Virus record (IMG/VR): IMGVR_UViG_3300028197_000059
Location: 1 to 36,912 of that record
Strand: one strand, 5' to 3'
Length of the DNA: 36,912 bases
DNA from: a virus
Taxonomy: Duplodnaviria > Caudoviricetes
Both the position numbers and the translations under genes were made by a program. This document shows, one piece after another, positions 20,199 through 30,400 of this stretch (position 1 is the first letter of the stretch; the number at the start of each line of letters is the position of its first letter). Under the pieces are notes generated by a model, which made no database searches, was not told where the DNA came from, and saw only the letters and a list, made by a program, of their open reading frames with translations.

Positions 20199-21764
20199 CT
20201 ATGTTCCTGAATTTGGTGAATCTGAAGCATTCTTACTTCCTGCATTTGAGCCATCGCCAGTATCCATTGATGTTGTTGGGTGTGTATGTGTATGTAGTGT
20301 TACATCATTAGATGTAATATTTCCTGCAGGTCCGTCTATAGACATAGTAGGCGAATCAATAGTCATTGAAACATCTGCATCCATATCTAAACTTGCAAAT
20401 GTTTTTATTGTTTGATCTCCCTGTGATGCCAATGTGCTTGTCCCACCTGCTCCTAATGATAAGTTGCCACCTACTTGTACATTGCTATGACTTCCTATTT
20501 GATTAAATCTAGTTTTAGACACCACTGTATTGTGTGTCCCAGCAAATGTTTCTGTTACATTGCCTCCAACTTTCTCACTCTTAGATTTAGCAACCGTTTC
20601 TTCTTGTTTTCCTACTACTGTTTGCGTATCGTCTAGTGCCACACGAACTGTTCTGTTTCCTTTTATAGATGTGTTTTCATCTGTTATAACTGATTTAATA
20701 TCATTACCATTAATTTTTGTAACTCTATCTCCTAAGACTGTTAGGAAATAATCTCCTTCTACTTCTTCATATTTATTTCCTGCCACTAACATTTTGGCAT
20801 CGCCTAATATAGTTACATTGCAAGAACCTCTTATAATAACATTTTTATCTATTGCAATAATCTCATAATCAGAACCTTGTATTTTATTTACTCGTGTTCC
20901 ATCTGCTTGTACTTCTTCATAGTTTCCTACAGGGTGATAAAAAGCATATCTTTCATTGCCTGCGGTGTTATCTATTTCTTCCGTAAATCCTGCCTCTGTT
21001 TCCTTTACTTGATTGAAAGGATACATAGAAGTATATGTTCCTGGTTCCTTAGGTACTCCTGTACCTCCTCCTTTTAAATCTGCAAGTGCGTCCCAATATT
21101 TAGGAGTGAACTCTTTCATTTCAAATGTTTTATATGGACCCTTTCCTCTGGCATACGGCTCTTCCCATTCTAGTCCTTCGTAATCTATTCCTTCTTTGTC
21201 ATCTAATATTTGATCTGCTTCTACTGAGGGTGCCGATGCTGTTCGTACTCCCCATGTTCTTTCTTCTCTTTTTGTTTGTAGTGTATAATGTGTTTCTGCT
21301 GCCTCGTCTCTGGCAAGTCTAGATAAATCAGGCTCCCCTACGCCAGCCAATCCTGTAGGAGCTGGCTCTTCAAATCCTCCTCTAGGATATTGTTTGGAAG
21401 GATCTCTAAAACCTTCATCTACAAATATCTCTTCATTCTTCGCTGCTGGAAGACCTGAGATAGAACCTAGTATAACAGGCATTTGTGCTTCATCACCATC
21501 AGAGAAAAATCCTATTACTGTTGAGCCAGGTAATAGATTAGGTGTTTCCATAATTCCAGATGTACTTGCATTAGTAGGGGAATTAACAACAGGCGCATAA
21601 GGCAAATCCTTAGTAGGTAGAGTTTCTTTATCAGGAGTATGATACCCCATAATTCTAACTCTATATCGTCCTGTCTTTGTAATGTCTGCTCTTGATTCTA
21701 CAACACCAACCCACCAAACAAAGTCTGGGACATTTAATCTACCATAATTTTTTAACTTACTCAT
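20199..21764 (-). CDS. gp5: baseplate central spike gp5-like (OB fold plus beta-helix, no lysozyme domain)
   Basis: WWVGVVE.R.D....GRYRVRIMGYH, GSTVIGFFSDG..AQ.PVILGS, YPFNQV.ETEAG, VxG beta-helix repeats, C-terminal HTHTH. Start moved from 21782 to ATG 21764 (GGAG upstream). Confidence 0.88.
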   Translation of the reverse strand: MSKLKNYGRLNVPDFVWWVGVVESRADITKTGRYRVRIMGYHTPDKETLPTKDLPYAPVVNSPTNASTSGIMETPNLLPGSTVIGFFSDGDEAQMPVILGSISGLPAAKNEEIFVDEGFRDPSKQYPRGGFEEPAPTGLAGVGEPDLSRLARDEAAETHYTLQTKREERTWGVRTASAPSVEADQILDDKEGIDYEGLEWEEPYARGKGPYKTFEMKEFTPKYWDALADLKGGGTGVPKEPGTYTSMYPFNQVKETEAGFTEEIDNTAGNERYAFYHPVGNYEEVQADGTRVNKIQGSDYEIIAIDKNVIIRGSCNVTILGDAKMLVAGNKYEEVEGDYFLTVLGDRVTKINGNDIKSVITDENTSIKGNRTVRVALDDTQTVVGKQEETVAKSKSEKVGGNVTETFAGTHNTVVSKTRFNQIGSHSNVQVGGNLSLGAGGTSTLASQGDQTIKTFASLDMDADVSMTIDSPTMSIDGPAGNITSNDVTLHTHTHPTTSMDTGDGSNAGSKNASDSPNSGT

Positions 21765-23148
21765 CTCTTGTCTCCACTTCACCCATTGATTCTGGTACTC
21801 CGTTTTTCATAATTTCCATTTTCATCACATGTGCGACTGTATCTATTTTATGTCTTATTGCTGTAATTATATATTTCCCTGATAATTGTCTGTCGTATAT
21901 ATCATCGAAAGTTAAATCTGCTGTTTTAGATCTTGGTGATGGATATTGTATATAAATTATATTGCCACATTCAATATCTGTTCTTCCAGGCACATCTATT
22001 TCAAACTGATAATCCTTAAAGGAATTAAAATAATTGTCTCTAAATAAACTTGATCCTATAATATTTTCGCTATCAGAATTGCCTGTTTTAGAACCAGGTA
22101 TGTTTGCTGTTTGTGTCATATTATTTACACTATTTAATAACTTTAATGTTGTCATGGACCTAGGGTTTCTTTTTACGCCTTGAGGTATAGGTATGCCGTC
22201 ATCGGTATGAATGAATTTTCCAAAATCTTTTCTAACATCTATTTCAGCCTCTAAAGTTTCTTTTGTAAATAAATCATATGCTCTTACGCTTTGTGCATAG
22301 TATCCTGAGTCTTGTCCATCTATAATGTCTATAGTTCTAGGTATTTTCATGGCGTCAATCTTACACCAAGCTAAGGGTAAGGGTACTCCTATAAAGTTAT
22401 CGCCCGAACTCCTATGTTGTACCTTTAAAGATGAAGGGGAATATACATATTCTTCAAACACATTATCCTTACCTGCTTTAATTAATGCTTGTAAAGAAGT
22501 AAAATAAAAGCGTTTGTTAGATTCATAGAATATAAAATCTGCTCCTCCATGTTTGTTGCCTCTAATATATTTAGACATAAAATCGAAAGTTTGTACAGGC
22601 GTCCAGTTGTTGGCAATAAAACTTATATTAGAAACATGAGGAACATCTCCTATGAGAATTCCTGTGGGGTCTGTTCCTTCCATTGGGCGTCTTGCTTCTA
22701 CTATAAAATTATCATATATGTCTTTTATAATATCCTCAGTATTGCCTTTATATCTTTTAGATAGTGTATGTGTTTGATCTGACATCATTTCTATAGAACA
22801 AAAGTTTAGTATATATAATTGTTCTCTATCATTATTTAATGATCTGTTCTTAATAGAATAAATTTGAAATGATTTATCTATAATTGTCTCAGGAGTGTCC
22901 TCAAAAGTATTAGTTCGTAATTTTATTGTTATTAACTCACCTCCCATTATAGGAGCATTTGTTATAAAGTTAGTTGCATCTTTAAGAGCAATGTTCCCTG
23001 TCAAAAACTTATTCCATATATCCTCATATATGTTTATTTCTGCGAACATTCCTTCGTCTTTAAGATTGTATTGTGTGCCGTCGTGTGATGTAATTAACAA
23101 TTCGTCTATTGTTACATCACCGGGCTTTATTAAAACTTCCTCGGTCAT
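21757..23148 (-). CDS. baseplate hub protein (gp27-like)
   Basis: EINIYEDI....TG.I...D, FIFYE, IDVPG...GNII, LSGKYIITAIRH motifs. Lies between gp53 and gp5. Confidence 0.72.
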   Translation of the reverse strand: MTEEVLIKPGDVTIDELLITSHDGTQYNLKDEGMFAEINIYEDIWNKFLTGNIALKDATNFITNAPIMGGELITIKLRTNTFEDTPETIIDKSFQIYSIKNRSLNNDREQLYILNFCSIEMMSDQTHTLSKRYKGNTEDIIKDIYDNFIVEARRPMEGTDPTGILIGDVPHVSNISFIANNWTPVQTFDFMSKYIRGNKHGGADFIFYESNKRFYFTSLQALIKAGKDNVFEEYVYSPSSLKVQHRSSGDNFIGVPLPLAWCKIDAMKIPRTIDIIDGQDSGYYAQSVRAYDLFTKETLEAEIDVRKDFGKFIHTDDGIPIPQGVKRNPRSMTTLKLLNSVNNMTQTANIPGSKTGNSDSENIIGSSLFRDNYFNSFKDYQFEIDVPGRTDIECGNIIYIQYPSPRSKTADLTFDDIYDRQLSGKYIITAIRHKIDTVAHVMKMEIMKNGVPESMGEVETRDE

Positions 23149-23152
23149 AATA

Positions 23153-23668
23153 TTATTTCACCAATTTTTTATACTGTGTTACGATGTCCTTTAAAAACCT
23201 TTTATTTAATAATGTAATTTGTCTTTTCTTATCGTTTAGTTCTGTTTCATAATCATAGTTTGTAACTGCTTTAATTGTACCTGCACTTAATTTTGCTGCG
23301 TCCCAATCAACGATTAAATTATTTGTAGTATCTACATAATGATGTATTGCAGAACTATTGTTTGTTCCATATTTGTCATCTACATAGTCTACTAAGCTTC
23401 TATGAGATAAAGGCCATTCAGATCTAACATCTATAATATTATTAGATAATAAAACAATCCAATGATATTCCATTGAGCCGTAAAATTTATATGCTACATG
23501 TTCTGGCATGTCGCCATCTTCTACCCATTCATCTTGTAATAACTGTCTGTTGTTAAAAAATTTATCTAAGTGTACGCGACGAAATATATCAGGCACAATC
23601 GCTCCATGAAATTTTCCTGTTTTGTCTTTCCAAGGATAAACCATTCTAGGTAGTGCTTTGAAATACAT
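23153..23668 (-). CDS. gp53: baseplate wedge component gp53
   Basis: MYF..LP, DGDMPEHVAYKFYGS..YHWIVLLSNNI (LysM-like), EWP, NYDYE..LND.KRQI motifs. Confidence 0.92.
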   Translation of the reverse strand: MYFKALPRMVYPWKDKTGKFHGAIVPDIFRRVHLDKFFNNRQLLQDEWVEDGDMPEHVAYKFYGSMEYHWIVLLSNNIIDVRSEWPLSHRSLVDYVDDKYGTNNSSAIHHYVDTTNNLIVDWDAAKLSAGTIKAVTNYDYETELNDKKRQITLLNKRFLKDIVTQYKKLVK

Positions 23669-24720
23669 TAAAATTCTCCCTGCTTCTCTTCTCTTGATTC
23701 TCTTATTCGTTTGCTTGTAAGAGTTTCTAGTTCTACAAATTGTAGTTCCATTGTTGTTTCAGACGGCATACCTCCAGTATTTTTAAATGTGTTTAACATT
23801 CCATCCGGCCCATAAGTTACTTTACAATTTTTTAAAGCACAAGAAGATATTTTAGGTAAATTTTTGTTTATTTCAGATTTTTCTATATCATCGCCTTTTC
23901 TAACATGAAACTCTATAGAGAATTCTGAAGGATAAATTAACATCATGCCATCTTCACTAACATCTGGGTGCATATTCTCTTTAAATAAACTAATAATAGC
24001 TTGAACAGATTGAGCTTCTTTTTCGTTCTTAGGAGAAAATTGATATTGAAATGAGAACTGCCTGAAGCCCATAGATTTAAATAATTGTTCTTTGTATGGG
24101 TTTCCTATCTTCTTACTTGTTGCTTCAAACAAACTACCTAGATCGAGATCTCCAATACCCACTGCTGAAGGTACATTGGCAGCTGCTGCTATAGCCCCTC
24201 TACCACCAAGTTCCATGGCATCAGTACTCATTATATCTGTAAGTCCACCTGAACCCGCTCCTATTTGGCCTCCAAAAGGCCCTAAGTCTGTTTCGTCCCA
24301 ATTTGCTGTATACGCTGCTACAACGGATTGAGGCACATAGAGAGATATAGATTCTTTTAATTTTACTGTTTCCTGATTTTCATCTAACAGGGCCATTCCT
24401 CCGGCCGCGAGTGTTCCTCCAAGGAAGCCTTTGCCTAACTCCCATGCTTTACTAACATTATCTCCTGAAGTCTTTTTACCAGCATAGTAGCCTCCAACAG
24501 CTCCTGCTATAAAAGACGCTCTCTTTGTTATCTTTTCGTAATTTTCTGCTTTGGATCTGTTTTCGTTAGCTCTACTCTGTTTGTCAGATGCATCTAAATT
24601 AGTGTAAGCTCTTTGTCCTTTAGCCGCTGTAATCTTTTTGGCAAAGATGTTAAACTTCACCATATTAGGGAATCTTTTATCTCCTAGTTCTTGCGGATAC
24701 TGATATATTTGGCCAGGCAA
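23668..24720 (-). CDS. gp48: baseplate tail-tube cap gp48
   Basis: ISLYVP, NPYKEQLFKSMGFRQFSFQYQFSPKNEKEA, YPSEF, CAL....V.Y.P, LQFVELE motifs. TTG start after AGGAG. Confidence 0.88.
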   Translation of the reverse strand: MPGQIYQYPQELGDKRFPNMVKFNIFAKKITAAKGQRAYTNLDASDKQSRANENRSKAENYEKITKRASFIAGAVGGYYAGKKTSGDNVSKAWELGKGFLGGTLAAGGMALLDENQETVKLKESISLYVPQSVVAAYTANWDETDLGPFGGQIGAGSGGLTDIMSTDAMELGGRGAIAAAANVPSAVGIGDLDLGSLFEATSKKIGNPYKEQLFKSMGFRQFSFQYQFSPKNEKEAQSVQAIISLFKENMHPDVSEDGMMLIYPSEFSIEFHVRKGDDIEKSEINKNLPKISSCALKNCKVTYGPDGMLNTFKNTGGMPSETTMELQFVELETLTSKRIRESREEKQGEF

Positions 24721-24730
24721 TGTTTTCTCC

Positions 24731-24738
24731 TATAAATA
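24731..24738 (+). promoter_or_regulatory. late promoter for gp4 (rightward)
   Basis: TATAAATA in the divergent intergenic gap. Confidence 0.8.
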
Positions 24739-24758
24739 CTTATTTAACATTATAGTCT

Positions 24759-24766
24759 TATTTATA
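24759..24766 (-). promoter_or_regulatory. late promoter for the gp48 operon (leftward)
   Basis: tatttata on + strand equals TATAAATA on -. Overlaps the A of the gp4 ATG. Confidence 0.8.
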
Positions 24767-25212
24767 TGGTTTATGCCAAAGAAATTTATAAAGGAAAATT
24801 TATTCCTAAGAACCCAAAGAAGTATCTCGGCGACTTCAACTCAATAATCTATAGATCAAGTTACGAACTAAAGTTTATGAACTGGTGTGATCGCAGTAGT
24901 TCTATTAAGGGTTGGGTGTCAGAAGAGATTGCTATACCCTATCGTAATCCATTAGATAATAAAATACGCAGATATATGGTTGATTTCTATATAGAAGTAC
25001 AACAAAAAGACTCTATAAAGAAGTATTTAATAGAAGTTAAGCCTGAGAGATTTACCAAAGCTCCACCACCAGGCAAAAGAAAAACTAAAAGATACTTACA
25101 AGAGATAGCACAATACGGAGTTAACGAAGCCAAGTGGATAGCTGCTAAGGATTTCTGTAAAGCACAGGGTATGGAATTTAAAATAGTTACTGAAAAAGAA
25201 CTCGGTATCTAG
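24766..25212 (+). CDS. gp4: head completion nuclease gp4
   Basis: YKGKFIPKNPKKYLGD...YRSSYE..FM.WCD...W.SEE..IPY...RY.VDF...LIEVKP...N.AKW.AA motifs. Confidence 0.93.
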   Translation: MVYAKEIYKGKFIPKNPKKYLGDFNSIIYRSSYELKFMNWCDRSSSIKGWVSEEIAIPYRNPLDNKIRRYMVDFYIEVQQKDSIKKYLIEVKPERFTKAPPPGKRKTKRYLQEIAQYGVNEAKWIAAKDFCKAQGMEFKIVTEKELGI

Positions 25213-25220
25213 TATAAATA
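25213..25220 (+). promoter_or_regulatory. T4-type late promoter, 5 nt before the gp2 ATG
   Basis: AGTATAAATA-CTTAC-ATG. Confidence 0.82.
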
Positions 25221-25225
25221 CTTAC

Positions 25226-25837
25226 ATGGCTACACCATTCAAAGATATAGAACTAGCAGCAGGAAATCGACACCAGGACAAGTCTGTTCAATGGTATGTT
25301 CGTGCTGTTCGTAATTATGCAAGAGGAGTTAATACTTTTCAAGAAGCTAGCCAAACAGATTTGGGTAAAGAAGCAAGGACTTTAACAGTAGGAAAAATGT
25401 ATATGTTTTCTTATGACCCTAAAACAAAAGCAGATTTACCATATTATGATACTGTTCCTTTAGTTATAATTACAGAACCCATGCCTAATGGATTTAGTGG
25501 TATTAATTTACACTATTTAGCTCCTACATTAAGAGCTAATCTTTTAGACAAAATATTTCCAGCACAAAGAAATTTAACAGATGAGAGTGTATTAAAGGCT
25601 ACATGGAGTGCATTAAGAAATTTTAGTAGATTCCCCGAAGTAAGAGGCTCTGTTAAAAAATATTTAACACCTCACATAACAGGAAAGATGATAGAAGTAG
25701 ATCCAAAAAATTGGAAAGCAGCTATATTTTTACCTGTACAGAACTTTGTTGGAGCATCAGATAGAACAGTATACAATAGAACAATGGAAAAACCAGATAG
25801 AAAAAGACGTCAGTCTATTAATGTAGGAAAAGTATAA
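25226..25837 (+). CDS. gp2: DNA end protector protein gp2
   Basis: GKMYMFSYDPKTKADLPYYD..PLV...GINLHYL.P..R...KKYL...W..AIFLP...F motifs. Confidence 0.92.
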   Translation: MATPFKDIELAAGNRHQDKSVQWYVRAVRNYARGVNTFQEASQTDLGKEARTLTVGKMYMFSYDPKTKADLPYYDTVPLVIITEPMPNGFSGINLHYLAPTLRANLLDKIFPAQRNLTDESVLKATWSALRNFSRFPEVRGSVKKYLTPHITGKMIEVDPKNWKAAIFLPVQNFVGASDRTVYNRTMEKPDRKRRQSINVGKV

Positions 25838-26493
25838 TGCCAGCAAGTAAAAAATTAGCAGATTATATAGAAGATATTAAATCGCGTACCTTTGCCAGGG
25901 CGGATAGATTTGAGGTTACTTTTAATCTAGGAGAAATTAAGAACAAAAATGTAGGGAGAGGTGATAGGAAAGATCCTATTAAAACCGCACAGTTATATTG
26001 TGAAGAAGTACAAATTCCAGGTATGATATTAAGTAACAAAGAATTCAACTTAGGTCCTTGGACTTTCTTTAGAAATACTAAAGTAGGGTTCTTAGGAAAC
26101 GAAATTAACTTTACATTTCTAACAACAAATGATTGGGAATTAAGATCACTTTTTGAAGAGTGGATATCAGCTTGTGCAGATACTAATAGTCAAGAACTAG
26201 GTTATATAGATGATATAACTTGTACTATTGACATTGCTACTTTAGATTTACAAGACAATATTACAAAGAAATGGCGCTTGTATGAAGCTATGCCAAAGGT
26301 TCTAAACTTAGTACCTATGTCTAGTGGTACAGTAGCACCAATTAGAAATACGCTAATTGTCTCAGCAGCGTATTGGGAATCCAGTGATTCCAAGAAAGGA
26401 GATGGTATGGAAGCTTTTGGAACAAGTCCTTCTAATAGATCTTCTATAGCAAGTCAATGGGACAAACCCATGCCAGAGACAATAGACATTTAA
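25837..26493 (+). CDS. tail tube initiator / tube-family protein (gp54/gp19-like)
   Basis: AR..RFEV.F...CE.VQIPG...INFTF...R.LFEEW...L.EA.P motifs and synteny. Confidence 0.75.
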   Translation: MPASKKLADYIEDIKSRTFARADRFEVTFNLGEIKNKNVGRGDRKDPIKTAQLYCEEVQIPGMILSNKEFNLGPWTFFRNTKVGFLGNEINFTFLTTNDWELRSLFEEWISACADTNSQELGYIDDITCTIDIATLDLQDNITKKWRLYEAMPKVLNLVPMSSGTVAPIRNTLIVSAAYWESSDSKKGDGMEAFGTSPSNRSSIASQWDKPMPETIDI

Positions 26494-26518
26494 TTATTAA
26501 TAATGGAGAAATAAAATT

Positions 26519-27208
26519 ATGTTACCTAAAATAGATACGCCAGTATATGATACTACTCTTGCGTTATCTGGAGAGACTGTTAAATACAGACCCTTTCTAG
26601 TTAAGGAAGAAAAGATTCTAATGCTAGCTAGCGTAGGTGAAGACTACAAAGAAATGGTACAAGCTTGTGCTCAAGTTGTAGACAATTGCACATTCGAGAC
26701 CTTAGATGTTGAGAATATGCCAATGTTTCAATTACAGGACTTGTTTGTAAAAATAAGAATGGCCTCAATTGGTGAGGAACAAGATTTTAATCTTGTATGT
26801 GGAAACTGTGAAGGCACTATAAATTACAGCCTGGATCTAAATGAAATGGGTGCAGGTGATCTTAGTGATATTGCAGATAGTAATATTGAAGTTAATGATA
26901 ACTTTATTATTAAAATGAAATTTCCTAGTGCATTAAAAGTTGTACAGGAAGAAGGCAAAACGGACATAGACACCATTATACATTGTATAGAATCTATTGT
27001 TACTGAAGAAGAGGAACAATTTATTAAAGATGTAAAGAGAGAAGATATTGATGATTTCATTAATGATCTTCCTTTAGATGTGTTTGAAAAAATGAGAGAT
27101 TTTATTAGATCAATGCCTGTATTACAGAAGTTGATTGAATACAAGTGTCCACATTGTGATGAAGATCAAACAGTTAATATTAATGGTTATGAACATTTTT
27201 TCGCCTAA
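26519..27208 (+). CDS. gp26: baseplate hub assembly protein gp26
   Basis: MLPKIDTPVY...VKYRPFLVKEEKILM, IR..SIGE, two CxxC motifs, terminal G...FF. Confidence 0.9.
   Translation: MLPKIDTPVYDTTLALSGETVKYRPFLVKEEKILMLASVGEDYKEMVQACAQVVDNCTFETLDVENMPMFQLQDLFVKIRMASIGEEQDFNLVCGNCEGTINYSLDLNEMGAGDLSDIADSNIEVNDNFIIKMKFPSALKVVQEEGKTDIDTIIHCIESIVTEEEEQFIKDVKREDIDDFINDLPLDVFEKMRDFIRSMPVLQKLIEYKCPHCDEDQTVNINGYEHFFA
27196..27202 (+). other. candidate -1 ribosomal frameshift slippery heptamer T_TTT_TTC
   Basis: X_XXY_YYZ heptamer in the gp26 frame, one sense codon before its stop. The -1 frame is open from 27193 to 27402. Confidence 0.7.
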
Positions 27209-27402
27209 GCCTTTCTCAGGAGAGTCTTGATAATTATTACAGGACTAATTTTTTGTTAATGCAGGAACATCATTATAGTTTATCAGAATTAGAAAATATG
27301 ATGCCCTGGGAAAGGGAAGTGTATGTAGGAATGCTTATAGTACACTTGAAAAACAAAGCCGAGAAGGCTAAGGAAAAAGCAAATAAAAATAAGGGTTGGT
27401 AA
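27202..27402 (+). CDS. gp51: gp51-like baseplate hub assembly ORF (absent from ORF track; probably reached by frameshift; first ATG at 27259)
   Basis: RLSLSQESLDNYYRTNFLLMQEHHYSLSELENMMPWEREVYVGMLIVHLKNKAEKAKEKANKNKGW matches the short gp51-like family of marine T4-like phages (YY..NF.LMQ.H.YSL.E.ENM.PWER..Y). Confidence 0.85.
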   Translation, partial: RLSLSQESLDNYYRTNFLLMQEHHYSLSELENMMPWEREVYVGMLIVHLKNKAEKAKEKANKNKGW

Positions 27403-27407
27403 AACAA

Positions 27408-30400
27408 ATGGATGACAAGAAGTTAAAAGGTTTAATAGATGAGGTTAAAGCAATTGGAGAAGCTGGCCAAGACATGGCTTCCTCTAAGGAACTGGAAAAC
27501 CTTGAATCTGCCATAAAAGAAGAAACTACTACCCTTAAAGATATTGCAAAAGGCAACGATAAACTTAATAAAGCACAGGTAGCTTATGAGCTAATTAAAG
27601 CTGTAAGAGGGAAAAAGAAAGAAGGTAGAGAAAAAGCAGAGAGAGATGCAGATAGAAAGGCAAGAGATAACGCGACAGACCTAGATCGAGCCCAATCGAA
27701 GAAAAGAGATAGTGGTGGTAAAGCAGCCAGAGAAATTATTCTAGAACAAAACAAAATGACTCTAGAAGGGTTGAATAGAATTGAAAAAACTTTAAGCCTT
27801 ATAAGTAAACAGGAAGGAAGAGGAGGAGTAGGTGGCTCGTCAGGTGGAAAAAGCCCTAAACCAACAGGACCCAAATCTCAAGCAGATAAAGACATAGATC
27901 AAGCAGCTAAGAATGCAAAGGAAATATCTGAGAAAGATAAAGCAATAGCTTCCAAGACCACGGTAGGACAAGGCGATGGCAAAGCAGGAACAGGCAAAAA
28001 ATTAGACACAGCGAAAAAGCGTAAAGGCTATGGCATGGACGATGAAGACTATGCCAGACAATATGAAAGAGATCAAGCTGCCTTAAAGAGAGAAAGTACT
28101 GTTAAAGATGTAGGCGCTCTCTCAGGCGATGTTAAAACAACCGGCAAGAGTTTAAATAAAAGAAAAATATCTGGACAGGAATTATCTCCCCAAGGAGACA
28201 TGTTTGATAGAACACAGAATCTTGTGTTTAGAGAAGAGGAACAAATAAGAGTAGGTCAAACTAATTATAAAAGAGCAGGCGGTTATAAAACAACAGATAC
28301 TGCTAAATTCCAAAATGTAGATACAGGCAGATTTGCTACTACAGATCCCATTAAAGCATTAGCAGAAGATGTAAGAATATCTCAAGGTGTTGTAGGAACA
28401 ACAAGAAACAGATTACAAAATCAAGGCTCACAAGGAGCAGCAGAATTAAATAAAAATATAGGAGCTAACGCAGCTGCTGTACAAAAGGCATTGGATGATA
28501 ATGAAGGTGCCAAAACAGACTTAGGTGATGTTATAAAAGCATTGGGAGCAATGCAAGAAAATAAAGATCCTGGCAAACAAAACGAATTAAGAGGCGATGT
28601 AACTAAAGGTATAGAAAGACTTAAAGTTACAGGCGGAGAAGACTTAGCAAAAATGCTAAACTTGGATGAAGTTAACAACAAATCTGCAGGTAAAGAAAGG
28701 AGTAAATCTTTACTTAAAGATGGTTTGATAGGTTCTAGTAAAGCTGGTTCCATAACTAAAGCTTTCTTTGGTATTAACCAAGGCGATCAACTGAAAGCAC
28801 AAGACTCTAAAGATAGATTATTTGGAACACCTGATAGTAAAGGCTTTAAAGGTATCTTTGATAAAGGCAATGTAGGAAAAGATTCTGAGGGTAAAACAGG
28901 ATTTGCCAAAGCAAAAGCTATAGGTGGTGGAGTATTTAATAGAACTCTAAACCAAACAATAGGTAGAATGAATTTATCAAAGGGCGCAATGGGGCAAGTA
29001 TTTGATAAGTCTCGTATTTTTGGAGATGCTAATACAGGCAAACTCTCAAACTTTGAAAGCCTTCAAGGCGATCTTCAGTTTAAAGAGGCAGCGCAAAGAG
29101 ATTTAGAAGTAGAAAGTCAAGGTGAAGCTCAAGGCAGAATGATGGGAGATAAGGCCGGACTAGGTATAGTTGCATCCGGCAAAGATGGTATTTTTGAAGG
29201 TCCGGGAGGCAAGTCAGTTGATGAAAGAGGATTACCTGTATTTAATCCTGATAAGAAAGAGGAATGGAGAGACAAAAATATTCCAGAAGAAAACAGAGAC
29301 GGCTCTGTTGCTAAAGCCTCAGAAGAAAACATAGCTGAACTAGAAAAAACAGCAGAGGCGACAGAAGCTACAGCAGAAGATATAAGTAAGTTAACAGAAG
29401 AAGCTACAACAGAAGGATCTATCTTTACACATGATACGCACTTAGAAGAAAAATTTGATACTTTAGTAGACTCTATTAATGGCAAAGATGAAAGAACAGG
29501 ACAAGACACAGAATCATTTGCAGAAAAACAATTAGACACATTAGAACAAATGTTACAATCGTTGCAAAATATTGAAGCTGGTGGTGGCATGGGCGGTGGT
29601 GATGAAGGTGGTGGTAGTATGTTAGATACTATCATGGGCAAGCGTAATAAAAAAGGCAATAAGAGAAAAGGTAAAAAACCTAAAGGTAGGTTTGCCAAGT
29701 TAGCTAGTAAGGGTGGCGGTTTGTTACGAGGAGCAGCAAGATTTGCTGGACCACTAGCAGCAGTGGCTGCTGTAGGAACAGCTGCTTATGGAGGTTTTAA
29801 AGAGTTTAATAAAACCGATGAGTTCGGTGTAGAAGGTAAAGATGCTTCACTAGGTATGAAAGCTGCCAGTGCAACAGGCGGAGCTTTATCAGCATTAACA
29901 TTTGGACTCGCAGATGCAGATAGTATATCTAAAGGCATATACGGTAAAACGGGCGATCAAACATTAGAAGCACTTAAAGAAAAAGATCCTGAATTAGCAG
30001 CTAGAATAGAAAAGAGAGTTGCACAAGGCGAAAATATAGATGATGTTATTCAATCAGAAGATGCTAATATAAAAGAAGCAGGTGTAGATGATAGAGGATT
30101 CTTTAGTAAGGCCTTTGATATGTCTCCTGTAGGTATGATAAAGAATGCAATTACAGATGCTACTACAACAACAGACTTAGAAGCAGGTATGGATCAAGCT
30201 AAAGAAAGTGGCTTGTATGACGAAAACTGGTGGGGAGACTCTACAATAGATAAAGAAAAACTTAAAGACGCATCTATAAGTCAACTTAAAGCTATTATAA
30301 AAGATGATGACTTAACAGGTGAAGATATGCAACTCGTTAAGGATACTTTAGAAGAGAAAAGAAATGCTAAAGCTGAGATGGTACAAAAACTAGAATCAGG

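Noticed and set aside
2637-23194. Numerous + strand ORFs opposite the structural genes (e.g. 5153-5668, 7820-8161, 13469-13840)
   Set aside because: Antisense shadows of biased codon usage, with no RBS or recognisable motifs.
24766-25212. TnsA-like nuclease as transposon or homing endonuclease
   Set aside because: Sequence and position match the core head-completion gene gp4; no terminal repeats or other transposition genes.
27368-29698. Minus-strand ORFs within the tape measure gene (up to 189 aa)
   Set aside because: Ser/Leu/Pro-rich antisense shadows.
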